From positions 134,728,001 through 134,792,000 of the forward strand of contig NC_086097.1 of NCBI RefSeq assembly GCF_963921235.1: 64,000 bases of DNA, in the 5' to 3' direction. The position numbers were made by a program, and so were the translations under genes. Below, piece by piece: positions 1 through 12,600 of this stretch; the first letter of the stretch is position 1, and every line of letters starts with the position of its first letter. The notes beneath the pieces were generated by a model that was given only the letters and a program-made list of their open reading frames with translations, searched no databases and had not been told where the DNA came from. Source of the stretch: Mobula hypostoma. Its lineage: Eukaryota.

Positions 1-107
1 CTGTGGCTACAGGGTCTAGAACTGGGAGCAATACTTCAGGACAAAGATTGTAATAAGGAGATGTTAGTTTAACATGGTTGTGATGCTTCATTCCAGAGGG
101 CTATGTA

Positions 108-658
108 CACTCAATGGCCACTATATTAAGTACCTCCTATATCTAATAAAGTCACCACTGAGTGCACGTTTGTGGTCTTCTGCTGCTGTCGCCCATCCAC
201 TTCAAGGATTGACATGTGCGTCCAGAGCTGCTCTTATGCACACCGCCGTTGTAATGCATGGTTATTTAAGTTACTATTGCCTCCTATCAACTTGAACTAG
301 TTTGACCATTCTGCTCTGATTTCTTGCATTTTTGCCCACAGAACTGCTACTCACTAAATACTTTTTTGTTTTTTTGCACCATTCTCTGTAAACTCTAGAC
401 TGCTGTGCGTGAAAATCCCAGGAGATGAGCAGTTTCTGAAATACTCAAACCACCCCGTATGGCGCCAACAATCATTCCACAATCAAAGTCACTAAAAAAA
501 AAATCACATTTCCTCCCTATTCTGATGTTTGGTCTAAACAACAGCTGAACCTCTTGACCATGGCTGCATGCTTTTATACACTGAGTTGCTGCCACATAAT
601 TGACTGTTTAGATACTTGCTTTAACAAGCAGGTGGACCTAATAAGCGGCCATTGAGTG
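108..658 (-). mobile_element. Non-autonomous Tc1/mariner-derived element (MITE-like) with transposase HTH remnant
   Basis: TA flanks (106-107, 659-660); TIR cactcaatggcc...ggccattgagtg; ORF 395-595(-) has DFDCGMIVGAIRGGLSISETAHLLGFSRTAV, the Tc1 N-terminal HTH. Confidence 0.85.
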
Positions 659-661
659 TAC

Positions 662-830
662 ATTCAGTCAGTGAGTGCATTCAAAACAGAACTCAATGGG
701 TTTTTGATATTAGAGCATTCAGGAATATGGGGATTAAACTGGACAATGGGCTTTAGGTACATGATCAGCCATGATCTTATTGAATGGCAGATTAGGTTTC
801 AGGAGATATATGGCCTCTGCCAACTATTTC
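662..830 (+). mobile_element. CR1-type LINE 3' end fragment
   Basis: gatcagccatgatcttattgaatggc... CR1/HER1 3' tail, also seen at ~15215-15300. Confidence 0.55.
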
Positions 831-1074
831 TTTTGATCTTAACATTGTCAAAAGGTATGTGCTTGGCCATTTGCCTTCAAAACACAAAGCTGTAAGTAAA
901 ATCCTAGCAAAACAATTGGGCATGAAAATGTGGGTTGTCACTCCAAGGCTGTACTGAGTTAGAGCACAGTACACAGAGCAGTCGTGGAACTCGAGTGAAC
1001 ACAGAAGCTCCTGTGCCGTCACTCAAAAAGATGATGATCTACTTTCCCAGGAAAGGGGATCTAAAACCTAGTGG

Positions 1075-2750
1075 GCATAGGAGAATTGATTTATTGTCAT
1101 ATGTACTAAGGTACAGTGAAAAAAATCTTGCATACCATCCATACAGATCAATTCATTACAATGATGCATTGAGTTAGTACAAAATTAAGAGTGTCGAATA
1201 AAGTATCAAAGTATAGAAGTGTAGTGCAGATAGATAGTAAGGTGAACGGTCACAAATAGGTAAATTGCAAAGTCCATTTTATCGTTCTAGAGAAACCAGC
1301 CTGGTATCATCTGCCTAATAGGAGTCGGAAAAGAGGCATTTCTGGGGTGGGTGAGATCTTTAATTACACTGGCTGCTTTAAAGATGCAGACAGAGTTCAT
1401 GGAAGGAGGGCGAGTTTCCATGATGTGCTGAGCTGGAACCACAACTGTCTTTGGTTTCTTGATATAATGGGCAGCGCTATGACGCATTGAATGTGGAACT
1501 GATTTATTATTGTCACATGTACTGAGATACCGTGAAAAGCTTGTCTTGCATACTGTTCATACAGATCACAGTGCATTGAAGTAGAACAAGGTAAAACAAT
1601 AACAGAAAGTAAAATAAGTTATAACAGCTAGAGAAAGTACAGTGGAGGCTGACAGCAAGGTGCTAGGTCAGAACGAGGTAGATCGTGAGGTCAAGAGTCC
1701 ACCTTATTCTACTAGAAAACCACTTAAGTAGACTTATAACAGCAGGGTAGGTGACCTTGATAGTTGTGGTATGTGCTTTCAGGCTTTTGTATCTTCTGCC
1801 CAATGGAAGTGGGGAGACAAGAGAATGTTTAGGGAGTATGAGGTTTTTGATTATGCTGGCCATGTAACTGAGCCAGCTAGAAGTATAGAGAAAGTCACAG
1901 AGCGGAGGGGAGGCTGGTTTTCATGATGTTCTAAACCTAAAGGGAGTTGTGGACAAGAACAGCAATTGCCACATCATGCCGTTATGAATCCAGATATGAT
2001 GCTTTCTTTGCTGCATAGATAAAAATTGATGAGGGTCAAAGGGGAGATGCAAAATTTCTTTAGCATCCTGAGGAAGTAGAAACACTATCTTAGCTATGGC
2101 AAATACATAATTGGATCAGGACAAGTTGTTAGTGATGTTCACTCCCAGGAACTTTAAACTCTCAAACTTAGCTCCACTGATGTAAACAAGAGCATGTGCA
2201 CCTCCCTCTGCTCCCCCCTCCACCGTAAACACACATTTCTTGAAGTCAATGACCAGCTCTTTTGACACCCCGTCTTCTTCCTCTCCTTCCTGTACTCTAA
2301 CTCTTCATTCGGGTTATGGAGGGCTGTGGTCCCGGTATAGGTTGATGGGAGTAGGCAATTTAAATGGTTTGGCATGGACTAGATGGGCCAAAGGGCCCAT
2401 TTCTGTGCTGTTCTTTTCTATGACTCTATTTGAGATACAGCCCATTACGGTGGTGTTACCTGCTGATGGAGTTCCAGCTGAAATTTGCCACACTGTCGTG
2501 AGTGTGCTGGTATTAGAGTGGGGGGGGGCTGAGGGCACAGCATAGTGGGGCACTCGTGTTCAGAGTTATCATGGAAGAGGCGTTACTGTCTATGCTTACT
2601 GATTGCAGTCTACTGGTCAGGAAGTTAAGGATCCAGTAGCCAAGGAAGGTGCTGAGTCACAGATTTAGGAATTTGGAGATGAGTTTGCTTGGAATTATAG
2701 AACTGAAGATGGGGCTGTAATCAATAAACAGCAGTTTAATTAGTGTCTTT
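1075..2750 (-). mobile_element. Cluster of decayed Rex1-type LINE 3' fragments
   Basis: Minus ORFs encode KAASVIKDLTHP and LPLGRRYKSLKAHT, the Rex1 C-terminus; 3' UTR tails gatttattgtcac. Confidence 0.7.
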
Positions 2751-3007
2751 AATTAGATCAAATAGTTCCATTTATTATCAGAGTATATAACCTGAAATTC
2801 TTACTCTTTGCAGACACCATGAAAAAAATGACAGAAAAACATTAGAACCCCAAAGCCCACTCTCCCCCTCCCCCCATTTCAGCAGAAAGTGTCAGCGCCA
2901 ACCATCCACAAAGCAATGGCAAAGCCCCTAAAGAGAGACCTTGATCTGCAGTCAAAAATACTAGTTTACCTGACTGCTTGGCATGCCACAGACTCTGACA
3001 CTCTGAC

Positions 3008-3011
<4 letters not shown>

Positions 3012-3038
<27 letters not shown>
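3012..3038. repeat. (CT)n microsatellite
   Basis: Direct dinucleotide run. Confidence 0.95.
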
Positions 3039-3043
<5 letters not shown>

Positions 3044-3459
3044 ACTAAGAGGACAGAAAGATTTTACCCATTTCACAGCGAAAAGGGAGACTAACAGTCG
3101 CTGTTACTATGTTACAGTCTGCCACGTGACTTTTTATTCCAAGATTCTCCAACTCGAGAACTGGCAACAAACTCCCACCACCATCAAAGAGAGAGAGCGA
3201 GCAATCACTCGACTTCAGAGACCTCTGTTCAGATGCTCCACAGATGAGATGAAGGGCAGAGAGATAGTGTCAGCCATGATCCTGGTTTGGTGGTAGGTAA
3301 ACTGCAGTGTGTTGAAGTTTAAGATGAGAGGTAAAAAAATTTTAAAGGGGACCTGAGGAGCAGTTTGTTCAAGCAGAAAGTAATGAATATATAGAAAGAG
3401 GTGCCCAAGAAAGTGCTTTGGGCATATAGAGTAAATAAAACTCTTAAAAGGTACTCGGA

Positions 3460-3845
3460 ACATGCATCATCACAGGCACCAGCCTCCTCAGCATCGAGGA
3501 CATCTTCAAAAGATGATGCCCCAAAAAGGTGGTAGCCATCACTAAAGTTCCCCATCACCTAGAACATGCCCTCTTCTCATTGCTACCATCAAGGTGATGG
3601 TGAAGCTGCACACTCAACATTTTAGGAACAGCTTCTTCCCCTCCACTATCAGATTTCTGAATAGAATATGAACCCATGTACACTACCTCAGTATACTTCC
3701 TCTTTTTGCCTTACTTATTAATATACATTTCTTATTGTAATTTTAGGGTTTTTTTTGGATTATGTATTACAATATACTGCTGCTGCAAAACAACAAATTT
3801 CACAACTATGCTACAGATATGAAACCCGATTTTGATTCTGATCCT
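3460..3845 (+). mobile_element. Rex1-type LINE 3' end
   Basis: catgccctcttctcattgctaccatca... followed by 3' UTR ending gattttgattctgat. Confidence 0.7.
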
Positions 3846-3955
3846 GATGGATGAATTGGGTGAAAGGGCGTGTTCCCATTCTCTATGAGTAGGGAAGTTA
3901 TCACTAGCACCCTGACTCAATCCCTCATTGGCTGTCAGACATTATGGTGATCTCT

Positions 3956-4430
3956 CTCTCTCTGGCTATCCATCCCACAGGATGATGATGGTTCCTTTCA
4001 GTCAGTTAGTGGGGTTGACCCCACTCCTCAGAAAGGAACGTGTGCGTGAATGGATCTTAGGTGAGTGGGGGGTTGCACAGGTCCAGACCCACCCTCTCGA
4101 CATCCCCTCCCCGATCCAGTGGCATGGTGGGGTCCAAGACGGCTGGGGGAAGTTCTGTTGCAGTGAATGGCCAGACCAAGCTTCGATGCAAGGGATGCCC
4201 TTCCCACGCTTCACGGCACGTGTTTGCTAGATGGCCATTGACCCTACGGGAGGGTTCATTCGCCCTTTGACAGGTCTTGTTTTTCGTCCTGCAGGGCATC
4301 TAGCCACCCTGCTCACCAGGCAAGGCCGGTGGGGAAGCCGGTTTAGTCGCCGACCACCCGACCATGTGATAGGTAGTACTGGGTTACATGGTACCAGTAG
4401 CGCTCAGACGAGTGACCTGACCAGAAGATC
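3956..4430 (-). mobile_element. Non-autonomous, probably RTE-derived (5'UTR+3' tail) structured retroelement
   Basis: TSD atggtgat(c/a)tct at 3944-3955 and 4431-4442; GC/CpG-rich; 3' end ...gatggatagcc followed by an (AG)n tail resembles RTE tails; no protein similarity. Confidence 0.55.
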
Positions 4431-4881
4431 ATGGTGATATCTTGAGAGGTAAAAAAGTTACCACGTAATTGCAAGTTGTTCTTTCAAATACACACATTTA
4501 TGACGTCCAGGCCCCCCACTTGCCCTGTTGTGTTTATCTTCCTTTTCAAATTCTTATCTACTTGATTTGAAAACTCTTACTGAATCAGCTTTCACTATCA
4601 TTCTACATTATAGCAACTTGCTACATTGAAAAAATACTTATCTCCCCTCACGTTCTTCTGACAGTTGATTACAAAACTGCTTTAATGTATATAGTGTCTT
4701 ATTATATCAGGATGCCTCATAGGATTGCACAGCATGAACTACTCTTGAAGGACACTGCTGGTCATTCTGCATGACCAACATTGCAGCAAGGATGAATTGA
4801 CTGGATAATCTATCATTTTAGCAGTATTAGCTTCAGAAAAGAATAATTGAACAGCAACGCAAAGCCAATGATACAACTTAC

Positions 4882-4932
4882 AAATGTCTCCCTGAAAAGC
4901 AGGTCACCTGCGTACGCCCAGATCCTGCCATG
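4882..4932 (-). CDS. Candidate 51-nt exon of the leftward host gene; may contain the start codon (MAGSGRTQVTCFSGRH; other open frame HGRIWAYAGDLLFRETF)
   Basis: Minus strand ttcttcag|CATGGCAGG...GACATTT|gtaagttg; CpG-retaining, non-repetitive context; protein not recognised. Confidence 0.35.
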
Positions 4933-5085
4933 CTGAAGAATATCAACACATCAGATCAGAGAGAAAAATGGTGCTGAAGTAAGCCCACGTCATTTTAAAA
5001 TTTCAACGAGCCGGAAGAGCGAAGCCATTCAGTTCACTTTGCCACCAAAGCAAAACCGGGAAAACTAACTTGGGAAAAAGACTTG

Positions 5086-5702
5086 TGTTACGACCCATGG
5101 CACTAGTAGTGTGCAAATCAACCAGCAAGTTAAGGGAATGAAGATATGGATTGTGAGTTAAGATTGCTCAGGACCTGCTGTTGATTTATGCTGTTCTGCA
5201 GTTGGCTTCATATAAACTGCATCTTGCCTGGGCCTCTGTTGTAGGATTAAGAATTGTGAGAGCTAATAACTAGTAAATGGGGATGTGCATTGCGTTAACA
5301 TAGTAACAGGGAACTACAGACAAAAGTAGACACGGAATGCAGCAGTGATGACACCCATGTTTCAGGAACTTCACTAATTATGTTAGAGTATAATTATTGC
5401 TCTAATATTGTATTGATCTAATAGAAAACTGGACTTGCTGTTGGACCTGTGGATATTCATTTTATTCTGTAATCAGGACCAATTCTGTTAATTAATTAAG
5501 TCTTCCTGTAGCCACCATTCTGTTATTAAAGTGTAGTTTTACTGGTAATCTTGGCAATTTATAATATAAAGGCTGTACCAAATTCATACTCAGGTAGATC
5601 ATCTTTGGCTGGTCTCCCAAAGCGCACCAGTTTTTAATAAATCACCCATTAGTTCAAACACGAGCTCTGGGTGATCTTTTAGTTTACTCCTACAGCTTCA
5701 CA
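5086..5702 (+). mobile_element. Possible solo LTR
   Basis: Starts tgttacg like the LTR at 53886; AATAAA near 5636, ends at a ...CA; no convincing TSD. Confidence 0.3.
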
Positions 5703-5784
5703 TATTTCTGAGAATTTTCTGGATGTGCAGAGCAATTACGCATTTGTTGAGGCTGGAACTTAACCAACAAATGTGATTGTTGTC

Positions 5785-6400
5785 AGGAACAGGTTTATCA
5801 TCTCTGACATTGGTCATGAAGTTTGTTGTTTTGTGGCAGCAGTACAGTGCAGTACATAAAAAAATCACTATAGATTACAAAAATAAATAGTGTAAAAGAC
5901 AAATAACGAGGTCATGTTCATGGACCGTTCAGATATCTGATGACGGAAGGAAACAAACTGTTCTTAAAACATTGAGTGTGGGTCTTCAGGCTCCTGTACC
6001 TTCTCCCTGATGGTAGAAATACAAAGAGGGCATGTCCCAGATAGTGACTGTGTTCAATAGTGCTGCTGTCTTCTTGAGCACCACCCCTTGAAAACGTCCT
6101 CAATGGCAGAAAGGGTTGTGCCAACGACGAAGCTGGCTGACTCTGCGATCCCCTGCAGCCCCTTCAGATCCTGTGCATTGGAAGCTCCAAACCAGGCTGT
6201 GATGCAACCAGTTAGAATGCTCTCCATCATACATCTGCAGAAATTTGCAAGTCTTTGGTAACACATCAAATCTCCTCAAACTTCTAATGAATCAGAGCCA
6301 CTGGTATGCCTTCTTTGTGATTACCTCAATGTGTTGGGCCCAGGATAGATTCCCTGAGAAGCTGCTGCCCAGGAGCCTGAAGTTGCTCACCCTTTCCATC
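5785..6400 (-). mobile_element. Rex1-type LINE 3' fragment
   Basis: ORFs 6054-6269 (ESILTGCITAWFG) and 5918-6124 (LPSGRRYRSLKTHT). Confidence 0.8.
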
Positions 6401-7554
6401 AGTGACCTGTCAGATGAGGACTGCAGTCCTCACAAAATGGAAAGAATTGAAACTTCTGCTCTTATTCTTACACGTAGTCAACTCTTGTTACATATTTAAA
6501 AGCTTCAAATTTTTATTTTTTTTTTATCTTTCCCTCACTTTATAACTCTTTCTATACATAATCCAAGTTACCCCATTTTGTCTTCTGATATTCCTTTATC
6601 TTCCCGTAGTGCCTCAAATCTAACCTGCAGGTTCCTTTATTCAATATGGTCCCATTTGTCACTTAGCCATAGAACCGTAGAAGTTAGGAATTGGGAATAG
6701 GTCATCCAGCCCCTTGAGTGTTCTGCGACAAAATATGATCACAGCAGAACACCCAAAATACTCTGTCTGCTTTCACCCTATATTCTTTGATCATTAACCA
6801 CTAGAACAGTATACTCTAAGAATTAGGTAATAATATGACTTGAAATACATTCTGTAAAAGTGAATGCTAGAGATTCACCACTCTCTGGATGTGGAAGCAT
6901 GTTCTATTACCAAAACAATGAAGCAATACAGAAGGTGAGGAGTAAAGTTTAATGGGTTTCTTAGGTTTTGTTGTAATTTTCTTTTAGCTCTCCATGACAA
7001 ACATCTTATGTGCAAAATATTTCCTTCCACCTTAGTGTTATGGATTTCTTATTCATTTGTTTTTAAGTGAAGTACCACAACTGAGTTAAAGGCTCTGCTG
7101 TTTACAGGTGTAATACAACAAGTCCCAAACTCAAAAACCAAGCACACAGCAGCACCCCTCAAAATTACAGCTAATAATTCTGCTACACCCATCAACACAT
7201 CCTGGACTCCAATGTGCCCCTATACGTCTGATAGCACCATCACCCCATTCATCTCTCTTTGCTTCCAGCCTGTCACAAACTTCTATCTTGATCTCCTTTT
7301 CTACATTCCTCAGCCATCCTCAAACATTTCCCTGCACTTTACAACACTGGATCTCAGATACCTTGGAACAGGATGAAAAGTTCATCAACATAAAACACAG
7401 ATCTCTCTACACATGCAGCTCACCAGGTGAGTTTGTCAAGCTCTGCACTTTTATTTAGGATTTCCTGCATCCACAGTGTGGCTTTGTATGCAAAACCCTT
7501 ATTGTTTAAATAATATATTGCCCAGCTTTGAAATCCAGCATCACATTATATTGT

Positions 7555-7735
7555 TCCTTTCCATGCCTCGTGGTGCATCGGGCAGCAACCTTGCTGTTAC
7601 TTTTGCATTTTTTATGACTTTTTTTTAGGTCGAGATATGACCTCAATGCTCAACCCAGCATGGATGGAAAGTGTGCAGGGCGCTGGCTGGATTCAAACCA
7701 GGGATCACTTGCCTCACAGTCCAGTGTGGGCCAGC
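7555..7735 (-). mobile_element. tRNA-derived SINE, decayed copy of the family at 48245-48495
   Basis: Shared ctcaacccagcatggatggaaagtgtgc core and degenerate B-box. Confidence 0.55.
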
Positions 7736-8482
7736 TATCACATTATATAGGTTTTACTTAAAGCACAGGACACCTGCTCTGAACTGTTCTCCTAGCACAC
7801 GGCCTTGATAACATTCCTACTGCTTTTGAAGTATATACCTTTTGAAATAATGGCAAATGGGAAGTGAAAGAGTGACAAAGAGACAGAGGGCAGCAGCTGC
7901 TTCTGAAGGCCAGGTACAAGCTAAGATTCCCAATCTTGAGTTTTTAAAAAGAAAATTACTCTGGCTTCAAGTAAAAGAAATCATTTAAGATTTGTTTGAC
8001 TTACACTTAAGGTAGTTTGCATTCACTGACAGATGGTGTTAATAAAACAGTTTCCTCCCCGCCCCCCCAACACATTGAGCAGTGAAATTCTGAAATGGAA
8101 GCTGCATGAAAATGCATGCAGCCATAACGTGATAAATGAACACTTCCAAATTCGTTTGGGCTACCATTGCAACGTGTAACCTTGCCAAACCTCAGAGTGA
8201 TTTTAATAATTCAGGCAGACATCTACAACAGATGCATGAAAACTGCACAAACAATCCCATTATCAGGAAGCAAAAGCCCATTAACGAGTGGGAACAGTAC
8301 ATGCATGCATTGAACTTGCCAGTGTCACAGAGTAAGCCTGACTTGACACAGCAACTGAAACTCCCAGCAGACAGTGATCCATTCACCAGCCTGTACGTAC
8401 TTGTTAAATAGAAACAGAAATTCAAGCTCCAGATTTCCTACAGTAGCTAGGCACTGTGCATGCTTCCAAATTTGGAGCATGC

Positions 8483-8498
8483 CTGACACCTAGTGGCC
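8483..8498 (-). promoter_or_regulatory. Candidate CTCF site
   Basis: Minus strand GGCCACTAGGTGTCAG, one mismatch from the CTCF core CCASYAGRKGGCRS. Confidence 0.4.
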
Positions 8499-8811
8499 AC
8501 TGATTAGATGTGAAGTGACTAACAGCGCAGTTATTTGGTTCATTAAAGCTGGACTGACTCACTTGGAAAGTCATCCAGTTAATCCCATTCCCCTGCTCTC
8601 TCACCAAATCACTGCAGCCGTTTTCTCCTTCAGGTGTTTATCCAATTCCATTTTGTAAGTTACAACTGCCACAGTCGAGCAGTGCTTTCAGTGCCGAACC
8701 ACTCTGAACAGCAGGCTTATGCAATTAAAAAAATGCTCAAACCAGGCCAGACGGTGACTCAGTACACATGGACTGCACCTTCCTCCTTGCAAGCTTGCTG
8801 TCTTTACAGGA

Positions 8812-8948
8812 ACACACACAAAATGCTGGTGGAACTCAGCAGGCCAGACAGCATCCACAGGAAGAAGCACAGTCAACGTATCGGGCCGAGACCCTTCATC
8901 AGGACTAACTGAAAGAAGAGATAGTAAGAGACTTGAAAGTGGGAGGGG
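8812..8948 (-). mobile_element. Penelope pLTR fragment with mutated hammerhead (8871-8906)
   Basis: Matches the pLTR of the Penelope elements at 22.4 and 40.6 kb. Confidence 0.8.
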
Positions 8949-9289
8949 CTCCATATCAGAGAGTCAGATGCTCAGTTAAAGGACAGGACCTCAAAGCTGT
9001 GATCTCAGGATTGTTACCCATGCCACGTACTGGTGAGGCCTTCAGATTTTTGGATCATTCAGCTCTCTTCTAGGGAAGATGGAAGCTATACAGAATGGAC
9101 AGTTTGCACCTGAACTAGAGGGGGACAAATATCCTTGCAAGGTTTGCTGGTGCTGCACAGTGGGTGGTGGGGGTTAAAGTTGAGTTGTAGAAGGATGGGA
9201 ACCAGAGTGCCATCTATGAATATCGAGATGGTGTTCATAGGTTTATGGACAAGTAGAAAGTTGTTTCCCCAACACCACAAACAATTCAA

Positions 9290-9600
9290 GTCTCAGTCTC
9301 TTTCCTAGTGTTGGTGAATCAAGAACTAGAGCACACATGCTTAAGGGGAGGGAAAAGATTTAATAGGAACTTGAGAGGCAACCTCTTTTTTCTAAAAAGG
9401 GAGGCATCTGTGTGGAATGATCTGCCAGTGGAAGTACCTCAGGCAAGGACATTAACAATTTTAAAATACAGTTAAACAGGTACATGGATAGGGAAGGTTC
9501 AGAAGGTTATCAGCCAAAGACTGGGACAAGCTTGTATGGGGCATCTTGGTCAACATGTGCCAGATGGCCCGAAGGGCCTGTTTCCGTGCTGTGAATCCAC
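9290..9600 (+). mobile_element. CR1-type LINE 3' fragment
   Basis: Similar to the 3' end of the CR1 at 29.3-30.2 kb; tail gggccgaagggcctgtttccgtgctgt. Confidence 0.7.
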
Positions 9601-12600
9601 GTTCAGTCTCTCACAGAAATTACAAATCAAAAACTGCAGATGCTTGAAAGCTGAAATAAAAACGAAAAATGCTGGAAACATTCAACAGGTCACGCAACAA
9701 CTGTGGGAAAAGAAACAGTTAATGTTTCTCCTCTTTCTTGGATCCATCAGGAGGACTGGGAAAGTGAGAAAATAAAATAGTTTTAAGCTACAGAGGGGAT
9801 GGAGGGAGCTGAAAAGTATATTTCTGTTGAGGTGATTCCAAGCACTTCTGACCTGCATTTCACATTCTTTCATGACTGCTCATTTTCTCCCCCTTTAACT
9901 TCCCTCATTGATCTATCAACCAGTCAGCCCCATAAAATGTGGATTCTGCCAGAAAACCTGATAGTCCTTTTGTCTACCATGCTCTCTCTGCAACTTAAAT
10001 TAACTTGTTTTCACAGTTCAGGTGAAGGGTCCCAGATCTGAAGTATTAATTGTGCTTCCCTGTCCACAATTACTCCTTACCACCTGAGGGTTTCCAGAAC
10101 TTTCTGTTTTTCTTTCACTTTTCCTGCAGAGCCAGCATGAGAAATTGATAACTGGAAGTTACCAGAGTAAAGATGATCTTGACACAGATTGGAGTACTTT
10201 CCTGCACAATCCTTCATTTCAGCCAAATATATCCTTTCCAACTCTTTCTGTGACAGCTCATGTCTATTTTCCCAGCCTGGTACTCTTTCAGCTCTCAGAA
10301 AATGTACCCCACCCCCAACCCCCAGTCATAGTTCTACTTTGCTGGCTTAGGTAGTTTGATCATTCTTATCAATACAATATAGTTATTAGAGTTGCAGAAT
10401 CTAAATGCATTTATTTTTAAACTAATCACCATCGTTTAAGTTGCAAGAAATGCAAAAGAGGGCTGGTCTGATTTAAATGAAACTTTGCATAAAGCTCATC
10501 CTTTAAAAGCACACGCACCAGGGAAGTCTTTGAATTTGAACTTGGTTGCTGATACTGGATTTTCCCTGGCACAAAGTGACCCTTATGTTCACTTTCTCTG
10601 TCGAATAGCTTTGGAAGGCAAAGCAACCCAGAAGGAAGCTGCACTTATAATAACTGATTAGATCTTTTTCCTCTCCTTTCCTTCATTCTTTATTGCCTAT
10701 TGAATCCATGCTCTTTCCATGGAAAATCCTGGACCATTCTTTGTCCGTCTATCTTCCCTCACCTCATCCCACCAACTGGGCTGCATTACTTCTACCTAAA
10801 CTGCTAGTTGCTACATAGAAAAATGCTACCCTTACACAATAAGGGACCTTAAATGAAACTACTTAATACTGTAAAGCCTTACAACCTTGTTCATCTTCTG
10901 AACTCAACCAAGAGATGAATAGAAGATGAAGCTGGATAAACATGAGGGAGGACCGATGGGTGAAATGAAGAGTGAGAGGAAGCATACATGCAGAATAATA
11001 GTCTTGATTCACAATGACTCCTCCAAAAGACACAAAGAACTCAAAAGCTCATTGTAAGGCCAGAAAAGGTACCTAGGCTTTAAAAAAAAAAGTTCTGCTT
11101 CTCAAAATCTCAAAAATCACATCTTGCATGTGTGATAAGGTACCTGTAAATTTAACACCTGGAGATGAGATAACCCTATTTTACATTATGTTCCATCTGA
11201 TCAACAAACGACATGAAAGATTAAGTAGTCACTTAAATTTAAAAAGGTGCATTATGTTATTTAAGAGCCATCTTGTTAATTATGTGAGATTTCTTGTTAA
11301 TATAAACATTTTTTCCACTAATGCTGATCTTGCCACTTCTCATCAATCCATATTGGAATCAGTGCTAAAATAAAACATTCTAACTCACTTTATACTCTAG
11401 TAATCAAGTACAATTTCTTGGCTGCAAGAGAAGTAACTCAAGATGCTGACAGTCCTAAACTCTAGACTCAATGGTTTGGGTTGACGTAAAGCTGACTGCG
11501 AATATAAACAATTGATGCACTTGTTTAGATTGGACAGCCTTCACATTTGTTAGGTGTGAGCAGAGATGGAATGAGACACAAAAGCTAAGTGATCTATCCC
11601 AGGGGGTCAGAGGGTAGGGATATGCAAGCTGACCTCTTAACATCAACATTCATCACAGTCAAAACTAAGTGGCTGGAAACTGCATTGGTAAAGTTTAACT
11701 TATTGATGCACACAACACTGACGCTAATTTTACATGAAGTTTGCATCAATGTTTTGTACATCAGTGAGTTGATAATGCTATGGTCATTCACAAAGAAGAA
11801 AAAGGGCAATAGACATATTTATCACAATGTGATTTCCCTTGGATCACTGGGTAGCACTCTTACCTAAATCAGAACAACTTGGATTTAGTTAAAGTCTTGT
11901 GTGGCCTCAAAGACATTTGTGAATGGTAGTCACTCAATATATCCCAGCAAGCTCCTGCAACCCATGACTTAAATCTGTTTAGTTGGTTCCATTTGTCAAT
12001 GGAGCAGAACACTCAGAAGGCAGATACAACTCAACAGATATGCTCTACAGTATAGTACTCCTGGGCTTTGGAGACCTGAGACGAATTTCATCCATAATCT
12101 ATTTTAGTAATATAGCGTAAGGTTGACCAGTGTACTGGCAGTGTACTCTTCCTTGCATAATGCCATGGGATTCCCTCAACAATATCTTCCTGGAAGTCAG
12201 AAAACAAACATTTTGCTCAAAGTAAACAGTTTTAAGAACACAAGAACTAAAAAAAAGAGGCAGGAATAGGCACTTGCCTACTCTTCTGTTTAATAATATC
12301 ATGGATGATCTTTCAGCTTACCACCACTCTCACACACAACCTAGCAATCCTCAATATCCTGAAGGCTAATTATCTCTTCCTCAAAAGCACCATCAACCAA
12401 CACTTCACAGCATTCTTGGGTACAGATTTCCAGAAATCTATAGCCCTCTAAGTGAAGGAATCTCCTATCTTTACTGAATAACCAACCAATTATATTTGAG
12501 ACTGTGGCCCCTGATTCCAGACACCTTAGGCAAGTGAATCTCATTCCTGCAAAAACTCTTTCAAGTCCAATAAGAATTCAGTAATATGCCCAATGAGATC

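Noticed and set aside
4230..4430. HDV-like or twister ribozyme at the 5' end of the RTE-derived element
   Set aside because: A P3/L3-like GCU-UCCCCACC-GGC and a GGCGAAUG are present, but no consistent P1/P2 pairing or twister pseudoknots could be built
8005..8025. 21-nt minus-strand micro-exon with a gtaagt donor
   Set aside because: The acceptor is weak and there is no other support
10426..10644. Possible coding exon (72-aa minus ORF)
   Set aside because: No convincing splice sites and no recognisable protein similarity
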